A stretch of 64,000 nucleotides of DNA from a virus (lineage: Duplodnaviria > Caudoviricetes): the IMG/VR virus record IMGVR_UViG_3300031993_000033, positions 40,705 to 104,704 of that record. One strand, 5' to 3'. How positions within the stretch are numbered: the stretch's first letter is position 1; every line of letters begins with the position of its first letter. The notes beneath the pieces were generated by a model. That model was not told where the DNA came from. It made no database searches and worked only from the letters and a program-made list of their open reading frames with translations. This document shows positions 39,830 to 50,285 of this stretch, piece after piece. Position numbers and translations under genes: made by a program.

Positions 39830-40679
39830 TGACTTTATTGAAAATGAAAAGAAAAAGTTTACAGACATAAAAGCCAAACCAAAGGAAGATTTCACGGGGA
39901 TGAAATTTGGGAGATTAACAGTTATATGCAGAGCCAATGACTATCATTATTCTAATGGGCGTGATGTATCGGCAAAATGGCATTGTATATGCGATTGCGA
40001 TGAACACAATTTGGTAGACGTAAAACATAGTCACTTAAAAGATGGCACATCAAAATCATGTGGTTGTTGTAGGAGAGAATGTGGTATCAAAATGATTAAA
40101 AATGCACAAGAAGCCTGCAAAAAGCCACTAAAAGATAATCCGACATTAGAATTAAATCTTACAGATGACAAGCACGAGCCTTTCGGGAAGTTTCGTTGCG
40201 ACAACGATGACTCGGTAGAAGTATATTTTTCTATGAGTGATTTTGACACAATTAAAGATGTCTGTTGGCATATCGAACATACGCACAATGGATATGTTAG
40301 GGTTAGAGACAAAAAATCTCAATCAATGCATCAATTGTTTGGGATGAAAGACGCAGATCATATAAGCCGCAATGCGTTAGACAATAGGCGAGAAAATTTA
40401 GACGATAAAGCAACAAGAATAGATCAATCCCATAACCAAAAATTAAGAGCCGATAATACTTCTGGTGTTAAGGGCGTTGGTTATATAAAAAATTATCCTA
40501 CCAAACCGTGGAAAGCAGAGTTAAAACATTACGGTGAAAGGGTTTTGTTTTGTTATTACGAAACCAAACAAGAAGCAATAATCGCCAGACTCAATGCAGA
40601 AATGCAATACCTCGATGAAAGAGCGTGGCAAAAAGAACTTATGGTACAATACGGGTTAATACAGGAGGAGGGAGCTTAA
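39816..40679 (+). CDS. HNH/AP2 homing endonuclease
   Basis: FGRLTV, WHCICDC, SCGC, DHISRNALDNRRENL, NTSGVKGV AP2 domain. Confidence 0.8.
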   Translation: MILDNDFIENEKKKFTDIKAKPKEDFTGMKFGRLTVICRANDYHYSNGRDVSAKWHCICDCDEHNLVDVKHSHLKDGTSKSCGCCRRECGIKMIKNAQEACKKPLKDNPTLELNLTDDKHEPFGKFRCDNDDSVEVYFSMSDFDTIKDVCWHIEHTHNGYVRVRDKKSQSMHQLFGMKDADHISRNALDNRRENLDDKATRIDQSHNQKLRADNTSGVKGVGYIKNYPTKPWKAELKHYGERVLFCYYETKQEAIIARLNAEMQYLDERAWQKELMVQYGLIQEEGA

Positions 40680-41228
40680 ATGAAACCATTGATTGCGTGT
40701 TTGGGAGTCTCAGGCTCTGGCAAAACAACCTTAGCTAATAAACTCGCTAAAAAGTATAGCTATTCTGTTTTGAAATCTTATACAACAAGACCACCGAGGG
40801 AGAATGATGAAGCCGATCTGACTTCGCATACATTTTGCTCAATAGAAGAAGCTGCATTTTTTGCCGACCAAAAGCAGATAGTGTGCTCGACTTGGTTTGC
40901 TGGGAACTTCTACTTCAGCACTCAGAGCCAGCTCGACAGTTCCGACCTTTATGTGTGCGACGTGAACGGATTGAAGGACTTATATCGCAACTATCGTAAT
41001 CGCCCGATATTGAGTATCTATCTCGACGTTGATAGTTCTATCGTGGCTGACCGTATGAACAAGCGTGGCGACAGTGACGAAGAAATTTTCAAGCGTTTAC
41101 AGCACGACGCAGAAGCCTTTAAGGATGCAAGAGATTATGTGGATTTTGTGTGTGACAATAGCACTCAAGACAAGTGCAACGAAATCTGTGAATTTATAGA
41201 TATGTTATTCAGATATTACAGAGGGTAA
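40680..41228 (+). CDS. guanylate kinase-like dNMP kinase
   Basis: GVSGSGKT, SYTTRPPR. Confidence 0.8.
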   Translation: MKPLIACLGVSGSGKTTLANKLAKKYSYSVLKSYTTRPPRENDEADLTSHTFCSIEEAAFFADQKQIVCSTWFAGNFYFSTQSQLDSSDLYVCDVNGLKDLYRNYRNRPILSIYLDVDSSIVADRMNKRGDSDEEIFKRLQHDAEAFKDARDYVDFVCDNSTQDKCNEICEFIDMLFRYYRG

Positions 41229-41311
41229 AAGAATGATTAGGATTATATTAGGCAGCGTTATTATTGCAAACGCTTCTATGTTTTGGGCTTGCGCTCGTGA
41301 GGGAGGCAAGT

Positions 41312-41521
41312 ATGAACGTTAAAGTTTATGTAAGCGAAATATTAAACAGTAAAGCCGTTGAACTCTTAAATTTCTTAGATGAAAGAGATATTTCATACGA
41401 GGTCGAGAGAGTTGGAACTGAGTGGGTAGGAGCAAATAAAGTGAAGTCTCTGCCTGTAGTCGAGATAGACGGTGAATTAATGGTGGCAAAGAAAGCAATG
41501 AAGAAGTTAAAGAGAGGGTGA
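41312..41521 (+). CDS. glutaredoxin-fold protein lacking CxxC
   Basis: SLPVVEIDG; resembles the next gene. Confidence 0.45.
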   Translation: MNVKVYVSEILNSKAVELLNFLDERDISYEVERVGTEWVGANKVKSLPVVEIDGELMVAKKAMKKLKRG

Positions 41522-41525
41522 GAGA

Positions 41526-41726
41526 ATGATAACGTTGTACAGTACATACTGCCCGAAGTGCAAGATTCTGGAGAAAAAATTAGACAACGCTAAGATTGAA
41601 TATACAATCTGTGACGACAAGGAACTTATGATACAAAAGGGGTTTGACTTTATGCCTGTATTAGATGTAGACGGACAGGTTATGAACTTCGGTGAAGCAG
41701 TTAAGTGGGTTAATGAAAGGGGTTAA
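41526..41726 (+). CDS. glutaredoxin/NrdH-like redoxin
   Basis: CPKC, MPVLDVDG; directly upstream of nrdD. Confidence 0.75.
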   Translation: MITLYSTYCPKCKILEKKLDNAKIEYTICDDKELMIQKGFDFMPVLDVDGQVMNFGEAVKWVNERG

Positions 41727-41728
41727 TC

Positions 41729-44692
41729 ATGGACGTAAATATCAAAACTGGCAAAAATTTTACTACTGCATTTAATAAAGTAGTAGACAAATACGGCGAA
41801 GAATTTGAAATATTAAACGGTTTTCATAACTCTCAAATGAATTTTTCTGATTTTATAGAAGGCTTTATTGACAAAAATATGGCTGATGTTACAATAGATG
41901 CCAACGCTAACGCAAGCCACAAAGACATAGCAAGTTTGCTTGCAGAGAAAGGCAAGAGCCATGATAAACTCTTTGCTTTTAACAAAATCTTCTATGAAAT
42001 GAACAAGAAGTATGGTCTTGCGGACGCAAGAGAATGGCTTGAAGATGAATATTCAGGCGCATATTATCTCCACGATGCTCCATCAGCTACATATAAGCCC
42101 TATTGTTACGCCTACGATTTAACTCGTTTAGCAAAAGAAGGATTGTTCTTCTTAAATAATTATAACTCAGAAGCCCCTAAACATCTTACTACGTTCCTTG
42201 ATGATGTAATAGAGTTTGTTTCATACATGTGCAATCGTTCTTCAGGTGCGGTAGGACTCCCAAATGTCCTTGTATGGAGTTTCTACTTTTGGAAGAAGGA
42301 TTGCGAGACGGGCTACTACATTAAAGATAAAGATTACTATTTAAAACAGAGCTTTCAAAAGTTAATCTATCGTCTTAATCAACCATTTCTCAGAGTAGAT
42401 CAGAGTTCATTTACAAATGTTTCTATTTTTGATCGTAATTATATTGAAGAACTTTTTGGCGGAGTTGAGTTCCCAGATGGTACAATGGCAATTGATTATG
42501 TAGAGGAAATCATAGAGATTGAAAAGGTCTTTATGCAGGTTGTGTCCGAAATAAGAGAAGCAAATATGTTCACATTTCCCGTACTGACATATTCTCTGCT
42601 TTACAAGAACGGTAAATTTGTTGACGAGAGTTTTGCGAGGTGGTGTTCAGACCATAATGTTAAGTGGAACGACAGCAACTTCTTTATCAGCGACAACGTA
42701 GGGGTACTCAGTAATTGTTGCTTTTCAGGAGAACAGATGTGTCTTACCAAGTCGTCCGATGGTGTAAATTATATGACGTTTGAAGAACTATATAATGCTC
42801 CGTACCACGAAAAGAAACGCAACTTTACCATTTTTCATAATGGAAGTTGGGTTAGTGGTAAGGTGATTAGGCTACCAAAGAGAAAAATGTTTAAGGTTGT
42901 GACTGCAAATAAGAAAGAGTTATATGTCACGGACAATCACATATTCCCCACTTTAAAAGGAGATAGAAAAGTAATTGACCTAACCACAGACGACTATTTA
43001 ATGGTTAATTGCAGGGTGCTTGATGCAGTTCCAGAACAAGACAGACATCTCACCTATGAGCAAGGTTTTTTAGTAGGAATGTACTTAGGCGACGGCAGTA
43101 CATATCAGAAGAAAGAAAATCATAAGCCATTCGTTGATCTCTCCCTTAATCAAAGCAAGTATCAGTCAACGCTTGGTACTGTTGAAAGAGCTGTAAAGAG
43201 CCTTGATCCCAATGCGGAGTATAAATTGAGCACTCCTTATAACAATGTTTATCCCACAAAAATTGCAAGTTGGGGAGTATACGGTTTTATTAAAGAATGG
43301 GTTTTAGGCAATTATTGTTATGAAAAAGAACTTAATCTCAATTGTCTACTTCAAAATAGAGACTTCCGCAAGGGTATTTTAGATGGATTCTACGCTACGG
43401 ATGGCGGCAATTCAAACAGAATTTATACAACGTCTGCAAAGTTAGTTCAGCAAATTGAGTGTCTGATTACTTCTCTTGGCATGAATAGTATCATTGATAT
43501 TAGCGACAGAACAGATGAAGCGGTTGTTATTAGAGGTGAAAACTTTAAAAGAAATTATCCTCTGTATTGTATACGTTGGTATAGCCCAATGAACAAAAGA
43601 AAGCATAAAACATCTGGCTTTAAATTTGTTAATAATAGCGAGTATTATAAAATTGCTTCTATTGAGCCTGTTGACTACGATAATGAATATGTGTATTGTT
43701 TTGAGATGAAGTCTGAAGATGAACCATACTTCACCTTACCCAATGGAGTAATATCTCATAATTGTCGTTTACTCTCAGATACGTCTAAACTCGATGCTTT
43801 CATTAATTCTATAGGTGGAACAGCATTATCAATTGGTTCTGTAAAGGTTAATACTATTAATCTTATGCGTATCTTTTATGAAGTAGGCAAAGACGAAGAA
43901 TCTTATCTTAAAAAATTGAAGCATAGAGTAGAACTTTGTTGTAAAACCTTAGATTGTGTACGTCACATAATACAGAGAAACATTGAAAAGGGACTACTTC
44001 CAAATTACCAAGACGGAGCTATGGAGCTTGCCAAGCAATATTGTACCGTGGGCATTTTAGGTCTTTATGAAGTTGTTAAGGCAATGGGTTACACTGAGAC
44101 AGACAACTTCGGTTATATTTCTTACACGAAAAGTGGTATAGAGTTTGCCAAAAAGGTCTTTGATGTTATTAACAGTGTTAAGGATAACTTCACAACAGAG
44201 TATTCTATAAACGTGGAATCAGTACCCGCAGAACGCTGCGCTGTTATCCTTTGTCAAAAAGATAATGCTCTTTATCATCCAAAGACCGACACCTTTATAT
44301 ATTCAAATCAGTGGATTCCGCTTACAGCAAAATGCACTATCTCTGAAAAACTTCACCTATCATCGATTCTTGATAAACTTTGCGGAGGTGGCGCGATCGC
44401 TCACATCAACCTCGAAAACAATTTCCCTAATACGGATGTAGCATGGGATATGCTCAATCATATAGCTGCTTCGGGGGTTATATACTTTGCCTTTAATACA
44501 AAAATCAATGCTTGCAAACATCATCACGGTTTTGTCGGTACTGATATATGTCCAGTTTGTGGCGAACCTGTATATGACACATATCAACGAATAGTTGGAT
44601 TCATCGTTGGAAGTAAATCATATTCAAAGGATCGGTTCAAGGAGTTTTCAGCAAGACAATGGTATTCTTATGCAGAACTTAAAGGAGACTAA
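41729..44692 (+). CDS. nrdD: anaerobic ribonucleotide reductase (class III) with intein
   Basis: YLHD, PYC, TFPV, SNC|CRL, ESVPAE, QRIVGF glycyl loop. Confidence 0.92.
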   Translation: MDVNIKTGKNFTTAFNKVVDKYGEEFEILNGFHNSQMNFSDFIEGFIDKNMADVTIDANANASHKDIASLLAEKGKSHDKLFAFNKIFYEMNKKYGLADAREWLEDEYSGAYYLHDAPSATYKPYCYAYDLTRLAKEGLFFLNNYNSEAPKHLTTFLDDVIEFVSYMCNRSSGAVGLPNVLVWSFYFWKKDCETGYYIKDKDYYLKQSFQKLIYRLNQPFLRVDQSSFTNVSIFDRNYIEELFGGVEFPDGTMAIDYVEEIIEIEKVFMQVVSEIREANMFTFPVLTYSLLYKNGKFVDESFARWCSDHNVKWNDSNFFISDNVGVLSNCCFSGEQMCLTKSSDGVNYMTFEELYNAPYHEKKRNFTIFHNGSWVSGKVIRLPKRKMFKVVTANKKELYVTDNHIFPTLKGDRKVIDLTTDDYLMVNCRVLDAVPEQDRHLTYEQGFLVGMYLGDGSTYQKKENHKPFVDLSLNQSKYQSTLGTVERAVKSLDPNAEYKLSTPYNNVYPTKIASWGVYGFIKEWVLGNYCYEKELNLNCLLQNRDFRKGILDGFYATDGGNSNRIYTTSAKLVQQIECLITSLGMNSIIDISDRTDEAVVIRGENFKRNYPLYCIRWYSPMNKRKHKTSGFKFVNNSEYYKIASIEPVDYDNEYVYCFEMKSEDEPYFTLPNGVISHNCRLLSDTSKLDAFINSIGGTALSIGSVKVNTINLMRIFYEVGKDEESYLKKLKHRVELCCKTLDCVRHIIQRNIEKGLLPNYQDGAMELAKQYCTVGILGLYEVVKAMGYTETDNFGYISYTKSGIEFAKKVFDVINSVKDNFTTEYSINVESVPAERCAVILCQKDNALYHPKTDTFIYSNQWIPLTAKCTISEKLHLSSILDKLCGGGAIAHINLENNFPNTDVAWDMLNHIAASGVIYFAFNTKINACKHHHGFVGTDICPVCGEPVYDTYQRIVGFIVGSKSYSKDRFKEFSARQWYSYAELKGD
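42719..43762 (+). mobile_element. LAGLIDADG intein, 348 aa
   Basis: starts CFSGE, ends ISHN before C; LVGMYLGDG and ILDGFYATDG motifs. Confidence 0.9.
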
Positions 44693-44695
44693 TCG

Positions 44696-45172
44696 ATGAA
44701 AATTAAAGACTTGATAGACGAGGATCTTGTCAACTACAAGCTACCATCTATGTTTATTGCTACGTCAAAATGTAGTTTCAAATGTGACGCAGAATGTGGC
44801 AAAGCGGTATGTCAAAACTTACCGCTTGCTACTGCGCCAGTAATAGAGATTAGTTGCAAAGAACTTGTTGATAGATATGTGAGCAACGATATATCTCAGG
44901 CTGTTTGTCTCGGAGGCTTAGAACCATTTGATGATATTGAAGAGTTGATGGCGTTTATCTGTGAATTTCGCAACCGATGCAATGATGATATAGTTATCTA
45001 TACTGGCTATTATGAGGACGAGATACAGCCATACATCAACAAACTAAAGGCAGACTTCAAAAATATAATCGTTAAATTTGGGCGATATATCCCCGACCAA
45101 CAGTCACATTACGATGAAGTGCTTGGTGTAAACTTGGCAAGTGATAATCAAAAAGGAGTGAGAATATGTTGA
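44696..45172 (+). CDS. nrdG: anaerobic RNR activating radical SAM protein
   Basis: CSFKC...CQN, GGLEP, IYTGY; follows nrdD. Confidence 0.8.
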   Translation: MKIKDLIDEDLVNYKLPSMFIATSKCSFKCDAECGKAVCQNLPLATAPVIEISCKELVDRYVSNDISQAVCLGGLEPFDDIEELMAFICEFRNRCNDDIVIYTGYYEDEIQPYINKLKADFKNIIVKFGRYIPDQQSHYDEVLGVNLASDNQKGVRIC

Positions 45173-45360
45173 AGATAATTCCCAACCCAGATAAAGAGAT
45201 GTATGAAGCAGTTACTAAGGAAGTCAAAGCAAATGACGGTTACTGTTGTTGTAGACTTGTACGAGATAATCATACTCGCTGTATGTGCAAGGATTTCAAA
45301 GAACAGCAGACCGAGGGGTTGTGCTATTGTGAACGCTTTATGAAAGTGGAGGAGGACTAA
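45166..45360 (+). CDS. ferredoxin-thioredoxin reductase catalytic subunit-like
   Basis: GYCCCR...CMCK...GLCYC pattern. Confidence 0.6.
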   Translation: MLKIIPNPDKEMYEAVTKEVKANDGYCCCRLVRDNHTRCMCKDFKEQQTEGLCYCERFMKVEED

Positions 45361-46363
45361 TATGTGTGAAGAATGTAGACACCACCCCTGTATTTCAAGC
45401 TGCCCTAACTATGAACCAGCGGTTGCTTTCAAATGCGACGGCTGCGGAGGGGACATATATATTGGCGATACGGTGTATGTATTAGGTAAAGATCATTATT
45501 GTGAGGAGTGTTGCTACAAAACAGAAGCAGAAATTCCAGAACCAGACGAGGACTACAAGTACGACCTTTGGAGAGATCGGCAGCTTATGGCTGAGTGGGA
45601 GCGCGACAACAATGTTTGATTCAGTCATTTACAACGTGTTTCCGTATGATGAAACCATGCTTTTATGGGTGACTGTTATTGGCGAGAGTGGAACTACATA
45701 TTATATAGTAAGCGACACTCTCCGCCAAGAGTATTACTTATATAAAGGCAAAAAGAAAACAGCCAAGAAGTCTACAATCCCAACAGACCTGTACAAATAT
45801 GTCAAGTAAGGAGTGCTTATGCAATACAATTCATTTGGCGAGTATCTTGCCACACTTCCGTCTGATACAATCTTCCGTATGTGGGAGTATAAGCGTATGT
45901 TTACCCCCTATGAACAAGACGAGAAGTTTATAGACGAGAGCCAGTATGTAAATGACGAGTGCGACCACATTCGCATACTTGATGTTATCACGCTTCCAGA
46001 CGGCGATCTGCTCTTGGCGACCACATACGCCTATGGTGATGGCAAGTATATCAGCTATTATAAACTCAGTGAAATCTCACTTGGTAAAAGTGAAAAAGAT
46101 ATGGAGGAAGAATAATGGAAACAACAGCAGAACAGATTAAGAGACTTGAACAGGAACTTGCAACCCTTAAAGAAAAGGAACGCGCTGAAAAAGAAGAAGC
46201 TCAGAAGAGGGCAGATGCCGAGCGCGATGCAGACCTTTTAGCCATTATGGATAGCCTCAAGAAGTTCAATGAAAAGCATGGCGTGCGTATTACACTCAAT
46301 ACCGACTCTAAGACAGGCGAAGCATTATACAACCTTTTCTTTCCGTGGCTGTGAGGTGTTTTA

Positions 46364-46960
46364 ATGGCTCTTACGATTGGCTTTGATCTCGATGGCGTGG
46401 TAGTAGACAGCCCACAGCAAGTTGTAAACTATGTGAATGAGAGATTAGGACTTAATCTATGCATGGACGATTTTAAAACGTACAGCATGGAGGACGCTCT
46501 GCCTGACCAGTACAAATGGATTATAGATATGGCGTTTAAAGATCCTGTTATGTGGAAGAAGGTAGGGTTGATAGGCGGCGCATACGAAGTTATCAAAAAA
46601 CTTTGGGATGAAGGGCATGATATATACTTTGTCACAAGCAGCTTGCCTCAAAATCTTAAAAAGAAGATAGGTCACTTAGCCCGTAATCTCGATTTTTTTC
46701 CAAAGGATTATGTATGGAGACATACCATTAATACTCAGTGTAAGCAATTAATTAGGCTTGATGTATTGGTAGATGATGCACTTTTTAATCTCATTGGAGA
46801 TAAAGAATATGTAAGCATCTGCATGGATATGCCATATAATCAAACAAACAAACCTATTCCTATGTTTTCACGAGTTTATAATTGGAGCGACGTTTACAAC
46901 AAGGTTCATATGATAGCAAATCTCATAAAGGAGAACGAAAACGATGATGTTGCACCCTGA
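46364..46960 (+). CDS. HAD 5'(3')-deoxyribonucleotidase
   Basis: DLDGV, VTS, LVDD, PYN. Confidence 0.8.
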   Translation: MALTIGFDLDGVVVDSPQQVVNYVNERLGLNLCMDDFKTYSMEDALPDQYKWIIDMAFKDPVMWKKVGLIGGAYEVIKKLWDEGHDIYFVTSSLPQNLKKKIGHLARNLDFFPKDYVWRHTINTQCKQLIRLDVLVDDALFNLIGDKEYVSICMDMPYNQTNKPIPMFSRVYNWSDVYNKVHMIANLIKENENDDVAP

Positions 46961-47205
46961 TTTACTCCCAGAAACCGCAGACCCACAAGGCTCAGTGCGC
47001 TATGAGAACGTAAACATTGTGAGACTATTAATTCCTTGTAGAGAAGAAGGAACGCTCACACAGTTCTACAAGAATGATAACTATTTTGTGGTTTATGACT
47101 GTTCACCAGAATACGGCAACCAAGCCGTAGAGAGTTTTACAGGCACAGTTCTTGAAGAAGCCAACGGAACGCATAGTTGGTGGAGGTCAATAGACCAGAG
47201 AGGAA

Positions 47206-47724
47206 ATGATGAGAATGAATAAATTTGAGAAGATAAGTGAAAGACAGTTTTTCGCTGACTTTGCCGAGTATCTTGATGACGAGTGTTTAGATGCAAGGGA
47301 TAGTAGGGCAATCTATAATATGATTAAGTTACCCAAGAGAGCAACAACAGGCTCGGCAGGTCATGATTTCTTCGCTCCATACAATATCGCAATCCCACCT
47401 AAAGGCACTGTTAAAGTACCTACTGGCATAAGAGTTCTCCTTGACGATGACAAGTTCCTTGCAATCTATCCGAGATCGGGGCTTGGTTTTAAGTACAAGA
47501 TGCAGTTATGGAACTCGGTTGCCGTAATAGACGCAGACTATAGTAATTCTGATAATGAGGGTCATATATGGGTTAAATTCTACAACGACAGCCCAGACGG
47601 TAAAACAATCAGCATTAGGCAGGGCGAGGCTATGTGTCAGGGAGTCATACAACAGTATTTTAAAACTATAAACGATGAAACAGACGGCATAAGAAATGGT
47701 GGCATAGGCAGCACCACGAGGTAA
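47206..47724 (+). CDS. dut: dUTPase
   Basis: SAGHD, PRSGLG, VIDADY, RNGGIGST. Confidence 0.92.
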   Translation: MMRMNKFEKISERQFFADFAEYLDDECLDARDSRAIYNMIKLPKRATTGSAGHDFFAPYNIAIPPKGTVKVPTGIRVLLDDDKFLAIYPRSGLGFKYKMQLWNSVAVIDADYSNSDNEGHIWVKFYNDSPDGKTISIRQGEAMCQGVIQQYFKTINDETDGIRNGGIGSTTR

Positions 47725-47727
47725 AAA

Positions 47728-47773
47728 ATAAGGGTATGTACCAAGTCAATTAAGACCTAATACATACCCTTAT
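47728..47773. terminator. bidirectional terminator at the convergence of the two gene blocks
   Basis: ATAAGGGTATGTA...TACATACCCTTAT inverted repeat. Confidence 0.8.
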
Positions 47774-47775
47774 AA

Positions 47776-48156
47776 TTATTTAGCCAAAGCTACGATTATC
47801 GCACCTGCAACGCCTGTGGCTATCATTGTTGTAACTGCTGTAATGGCAGCTATTTTTATTTTTTTAATATTATCCAAAGTTTCTTTTGCGGGAGCGTTTT
47901 CTAAGGTAGATACCTTATTACTAAGTTCCTTTTGATTTTCCTTTACCTCTCCAACGTCACCCTCAACTTGCTTAAGAGATTGTGCGATAAGTGCGATATT
48001 ACTATTCATTTCGTAAAGCATTTCCTGCTTCTTTTCCACATCGCTAACTCTTGACTGCAAATTGCTAATTGCCTGTGCATTAGACTGAGAATTTGCCTTC
48101 AGTTCATAAAATTCCTTATCCGATATTGCCATGTCAAACCTCACTTTTGCAACCAC
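47776..48156 (-). CDS. XhlA-like holin or lysis accessory protein
   Basis: coiled coil plus C-terminal TM helix; next to the endolysin. Confidence 0.55.
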   Translation of the reverse strand: MVAKVRFDMAISDKEFYELKANSQSNAQAISNLQSRVSDVEKKQEMLYEMNSNIALIAQSLKQVEGDVGEVKENQKELSNKVSTLENAPAKETLDNIKKIKIAAITAVTTMIATGVAGAIIVALAK

Positions 48157-48995
48157 ATTTCACAAAGAGCCTGAAACATGGCATTTTGAGTATGCGCCCC
48201 CATAACACCATCCGCGCTACCGCAATTGAACCCCTTTGCATTAAGGGCGTTCTGAAGCTCTTTTACATCGTCTGAATTATTTATGTTAAATGTCCTTTTC
48301 AGTTTTTCAATCTCAACCCAACCTGCGCCAGATTTGAGTTTGCCGTACTTGACATAATTTACTATCTTTTCCTCCACGATTGTATATTTAGTAGCCACAG
48401 TGATTTTGCCAGTTGCGGGTTTCCCAATCTCTTTATAAATGGGTGTTCCACTTGTGAGAGTCTTGGTGTAAAGACCAATGACTTCGTTGAGCTGTGCATT
48501 TACCTTGTCGCAAATCTCCTGCGTATGTCCCTTTATCCAAGTTGCGGGACACTGAGTTGCTTGGAACATATAGTGATAGGTCAAAGAGCCATTTTTATCG
48601 CCTGTAAATTCAAGTTTCTTAATGCCGTTGCGCTTGCAAATATCCACGCAAAGTTTGATTAACGAAGCGTAAACAGTTTGCGAAATAGACCACGGCTCGC
48701 CATAAACATCATTTGAAACCTCGATGGTGATAGAGCGATTGTCATTCCAAGCACTACCACTACACCACGATCTGTCGCTTTCGGGGCAGAATAAACCTAT
48801 ACGTCCATCTGAGCCTATACAGTAATTAGCGGACATTTGCCTTGCAGGATTCGCCACAAGATTGCCAAATTGTTCTACAGACATAATACCTGCCATATGA
48901 TGTATTGTGATTTTAGTAATGGGCTGATTTCTTGGTGAGTTTCTATTTGGTGATATTTGAGTATAAGACACCAAAGATGAATTTGTAAAAGCCAT
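48141..48995 (-). CDS. endolysin (N-acetylmuramoyl-L-alanine amidase with cell-wall binding domains)
   Basis: ITIHHMAG, SANY, TIEVSN, HYMF.AT.CP; GKLKSGAGW; PG_binding_1 motif LQNALN..G...G.ADG. Confidence 0.9.
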   Translation of the reverse strand: MAFTNSSLVSYTQISPNRNSPRNQPITKITIHHMAGIMSVEQFGNLVANPARQMSANYCIGSDGRIGLFCPESDRSWCSGSAWNDNRSITIEVSNDVYGEPWSISQTVYASLIKLCVDICKRNGIKKLEFTGDKNGSLTYHYMFQATQCPATWIKGHTQEICDKVNAQLNEVIGLYTKTLTSGTPIYKEIGKPATGKITVATKYTIVEEKIVNYVKYGKLKSGAGWVEIEKLKRTFNINNSDDVKELQNALNAKGFNCGSADGVMGAHTQNAMFQALCEMWLQK

Positions 48996-48997
48996 AT

Positions 48998-49078
48998 TCA
49001 CACCTCCTCGTCATTTCCTTTTCCATTTGAGAGTTCTTCATCGGCTTCTGCGCTGAGTAAAATATCTTTATCGTCCAT
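48998..49078 (-). CDS. 26-aa acidic peptide
   Basis: MDDKDILLSAEADEELSNGKGNDEEV with GGAGG RBS; contains the endolysin RBS. Confidence 0.5.
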   Translation of the reverse strand: MDDKDILLSAEADEELSNGKGNDEEV

Positions 49079-49081
49079 TGC

Positions 49082-49282
49082 TTACTCCTCCTTGTCCGTG
49101 TTTGTCTTTTTATTATTCTGATAACTAAAGAAAAACGTAAACGCCATAGTGCAAACCGTAAGATAATCCTTTACATCTACATCTCCGTTCAAAAAGGCTA
49201 TCGATAGGCACACCGCAAACAAGAGGCTGATAAGACTTTTAACATCAATTAATTTTGCAATTTTCTTAAATATTTCTCTCAT
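49082..49282 (-). CDS. holin
   Basis: 66 aa, two TM helices, charged C-terminus. Confidence 0.7.
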   Translation of the reverse strand: MREIFKKIAKLIDVKSLISLLFAVCLSIAFLNGDVDVKDYLTVCTMAFTFFFSYQNNKKTNTDKEE

Positions 49283-49344
49283 AAAACCACCCCTCTCGTA
49301 AAAAAGAAGTGGGGCGATAGCGGTGAACTACCGCCCCTTGTTAG

Positions 49345-49785
49345 TTATCTCATCTCCATCATGAGCTTCTCGAATTTCTTACGAGTTGCTTCATCTGGAG
49401 CTTCGTCCATAAGTTCCTCGAATCTATCCATGAAATCATCGCGGGACTCCATGCGTCCATAGCTTCTACGATTGCTACGTCCACGCTCATATGAGCCTCT
49501 ACGAGTATATCCACCACGATTTGATCTGCCACCACGACCACCTCTTGCCATAGACATATCGTCATCGTAGTAGTTGCCAGAATAGCCTTCTTCCTCATCT
49601 TCCATCATGCCGATAACACATTTGATGTCTTTCAGCACTTCTGTGAGATCTTTGAGGTATTCAACGTGCTGCTCGCCAAGCTGACCGCCAGCGTTTTCAA
49701 GTTCTCTCTTTGTGGACTCCAATTCCTTAAAGGTCATCTCACAAAGGTCATAAAGAGTATCAATCTTCTTATCCATGTTTGCCAC
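49345..49785 (-). CDS. hypothetical late protein with RGG-rich segment
   Basis: 146 aa, ARGGRGGRSNRGG. Confidence 0.7.
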   Translation of the reverse strand: MANMDKKIDTLYDLCEMTFKELESTKRELENAGGQLGEQHVEYLKDLTEVLKDIKCVIGMMEDEEEGYSGNYYDDDMSMARGGRGGRSNRGGYTRRGSYERGRSNRRSYGRMESRDDFMDRFEELMDEAPDEATRKKFEKLMMEMR

Positions 49786-49790
49786 CTTTC

Positions 49791-50279
49791 TTATCTAACT
49801 CTGCGATAGCCAATATAGTTAAACAAGATATTGGCATTCATTACGTTAATTGCCTGTGTGCTGATATTTCTTACCGAAACACTCTGACAGCCATAAATGC
49901 TGGGAATTGCCACTATAATAGAAGCACCAACATTATCGCCAAAAGTATCAGATACCAGAGGTACTGTGACAGTCATAATACTGCTTGGGTCAGTTTCGCC
50001 ATTAATTGCAATAGCAAGACTTATAGGCTCAACTGTGCCAGCAGGATCGGTAGGAACAGAAATATTTCCGTGGAACTCTACCTGATAAAGTGTTTCGTAG
50101 ATTTTTCTGCAACCGCAACTACAAGTGTTAGTAGAAGGCGCATTATTTGCGAGAAGAAAGATACCGCTTTCTTCTCTATGGAATACAAGTCCTCTGTTGC
50201 AAGGAACAGGAGATTCAGTGAATATTACAGGCTGATTTATCTGTACAACCTGCGTTGCATTTGATGAGTATTCGCTCAA
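49791..50279 (-). CDS. BclA C-terminal-like beta-sandwich protein
   Basis: beta-rich, CSCGC, YQVEFHGN. Confidence 0.45.
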   Translation of the reverse strand: MSEYSSNATQVVQINQPVIFTESPVPCNRGLVFHREESGIFLLANNAPSTNTCSCGCRKIYETLYQVEFHGNISVPTDPAGTVEPISLAIAINGETDPSSIMTVTVPLVSDTFGDNVGASIIVAIPSIYGCQSVSVRNISTQAINVMNANILFNYIGYRRVR

Positions 50280-50285
50280 AATTAA

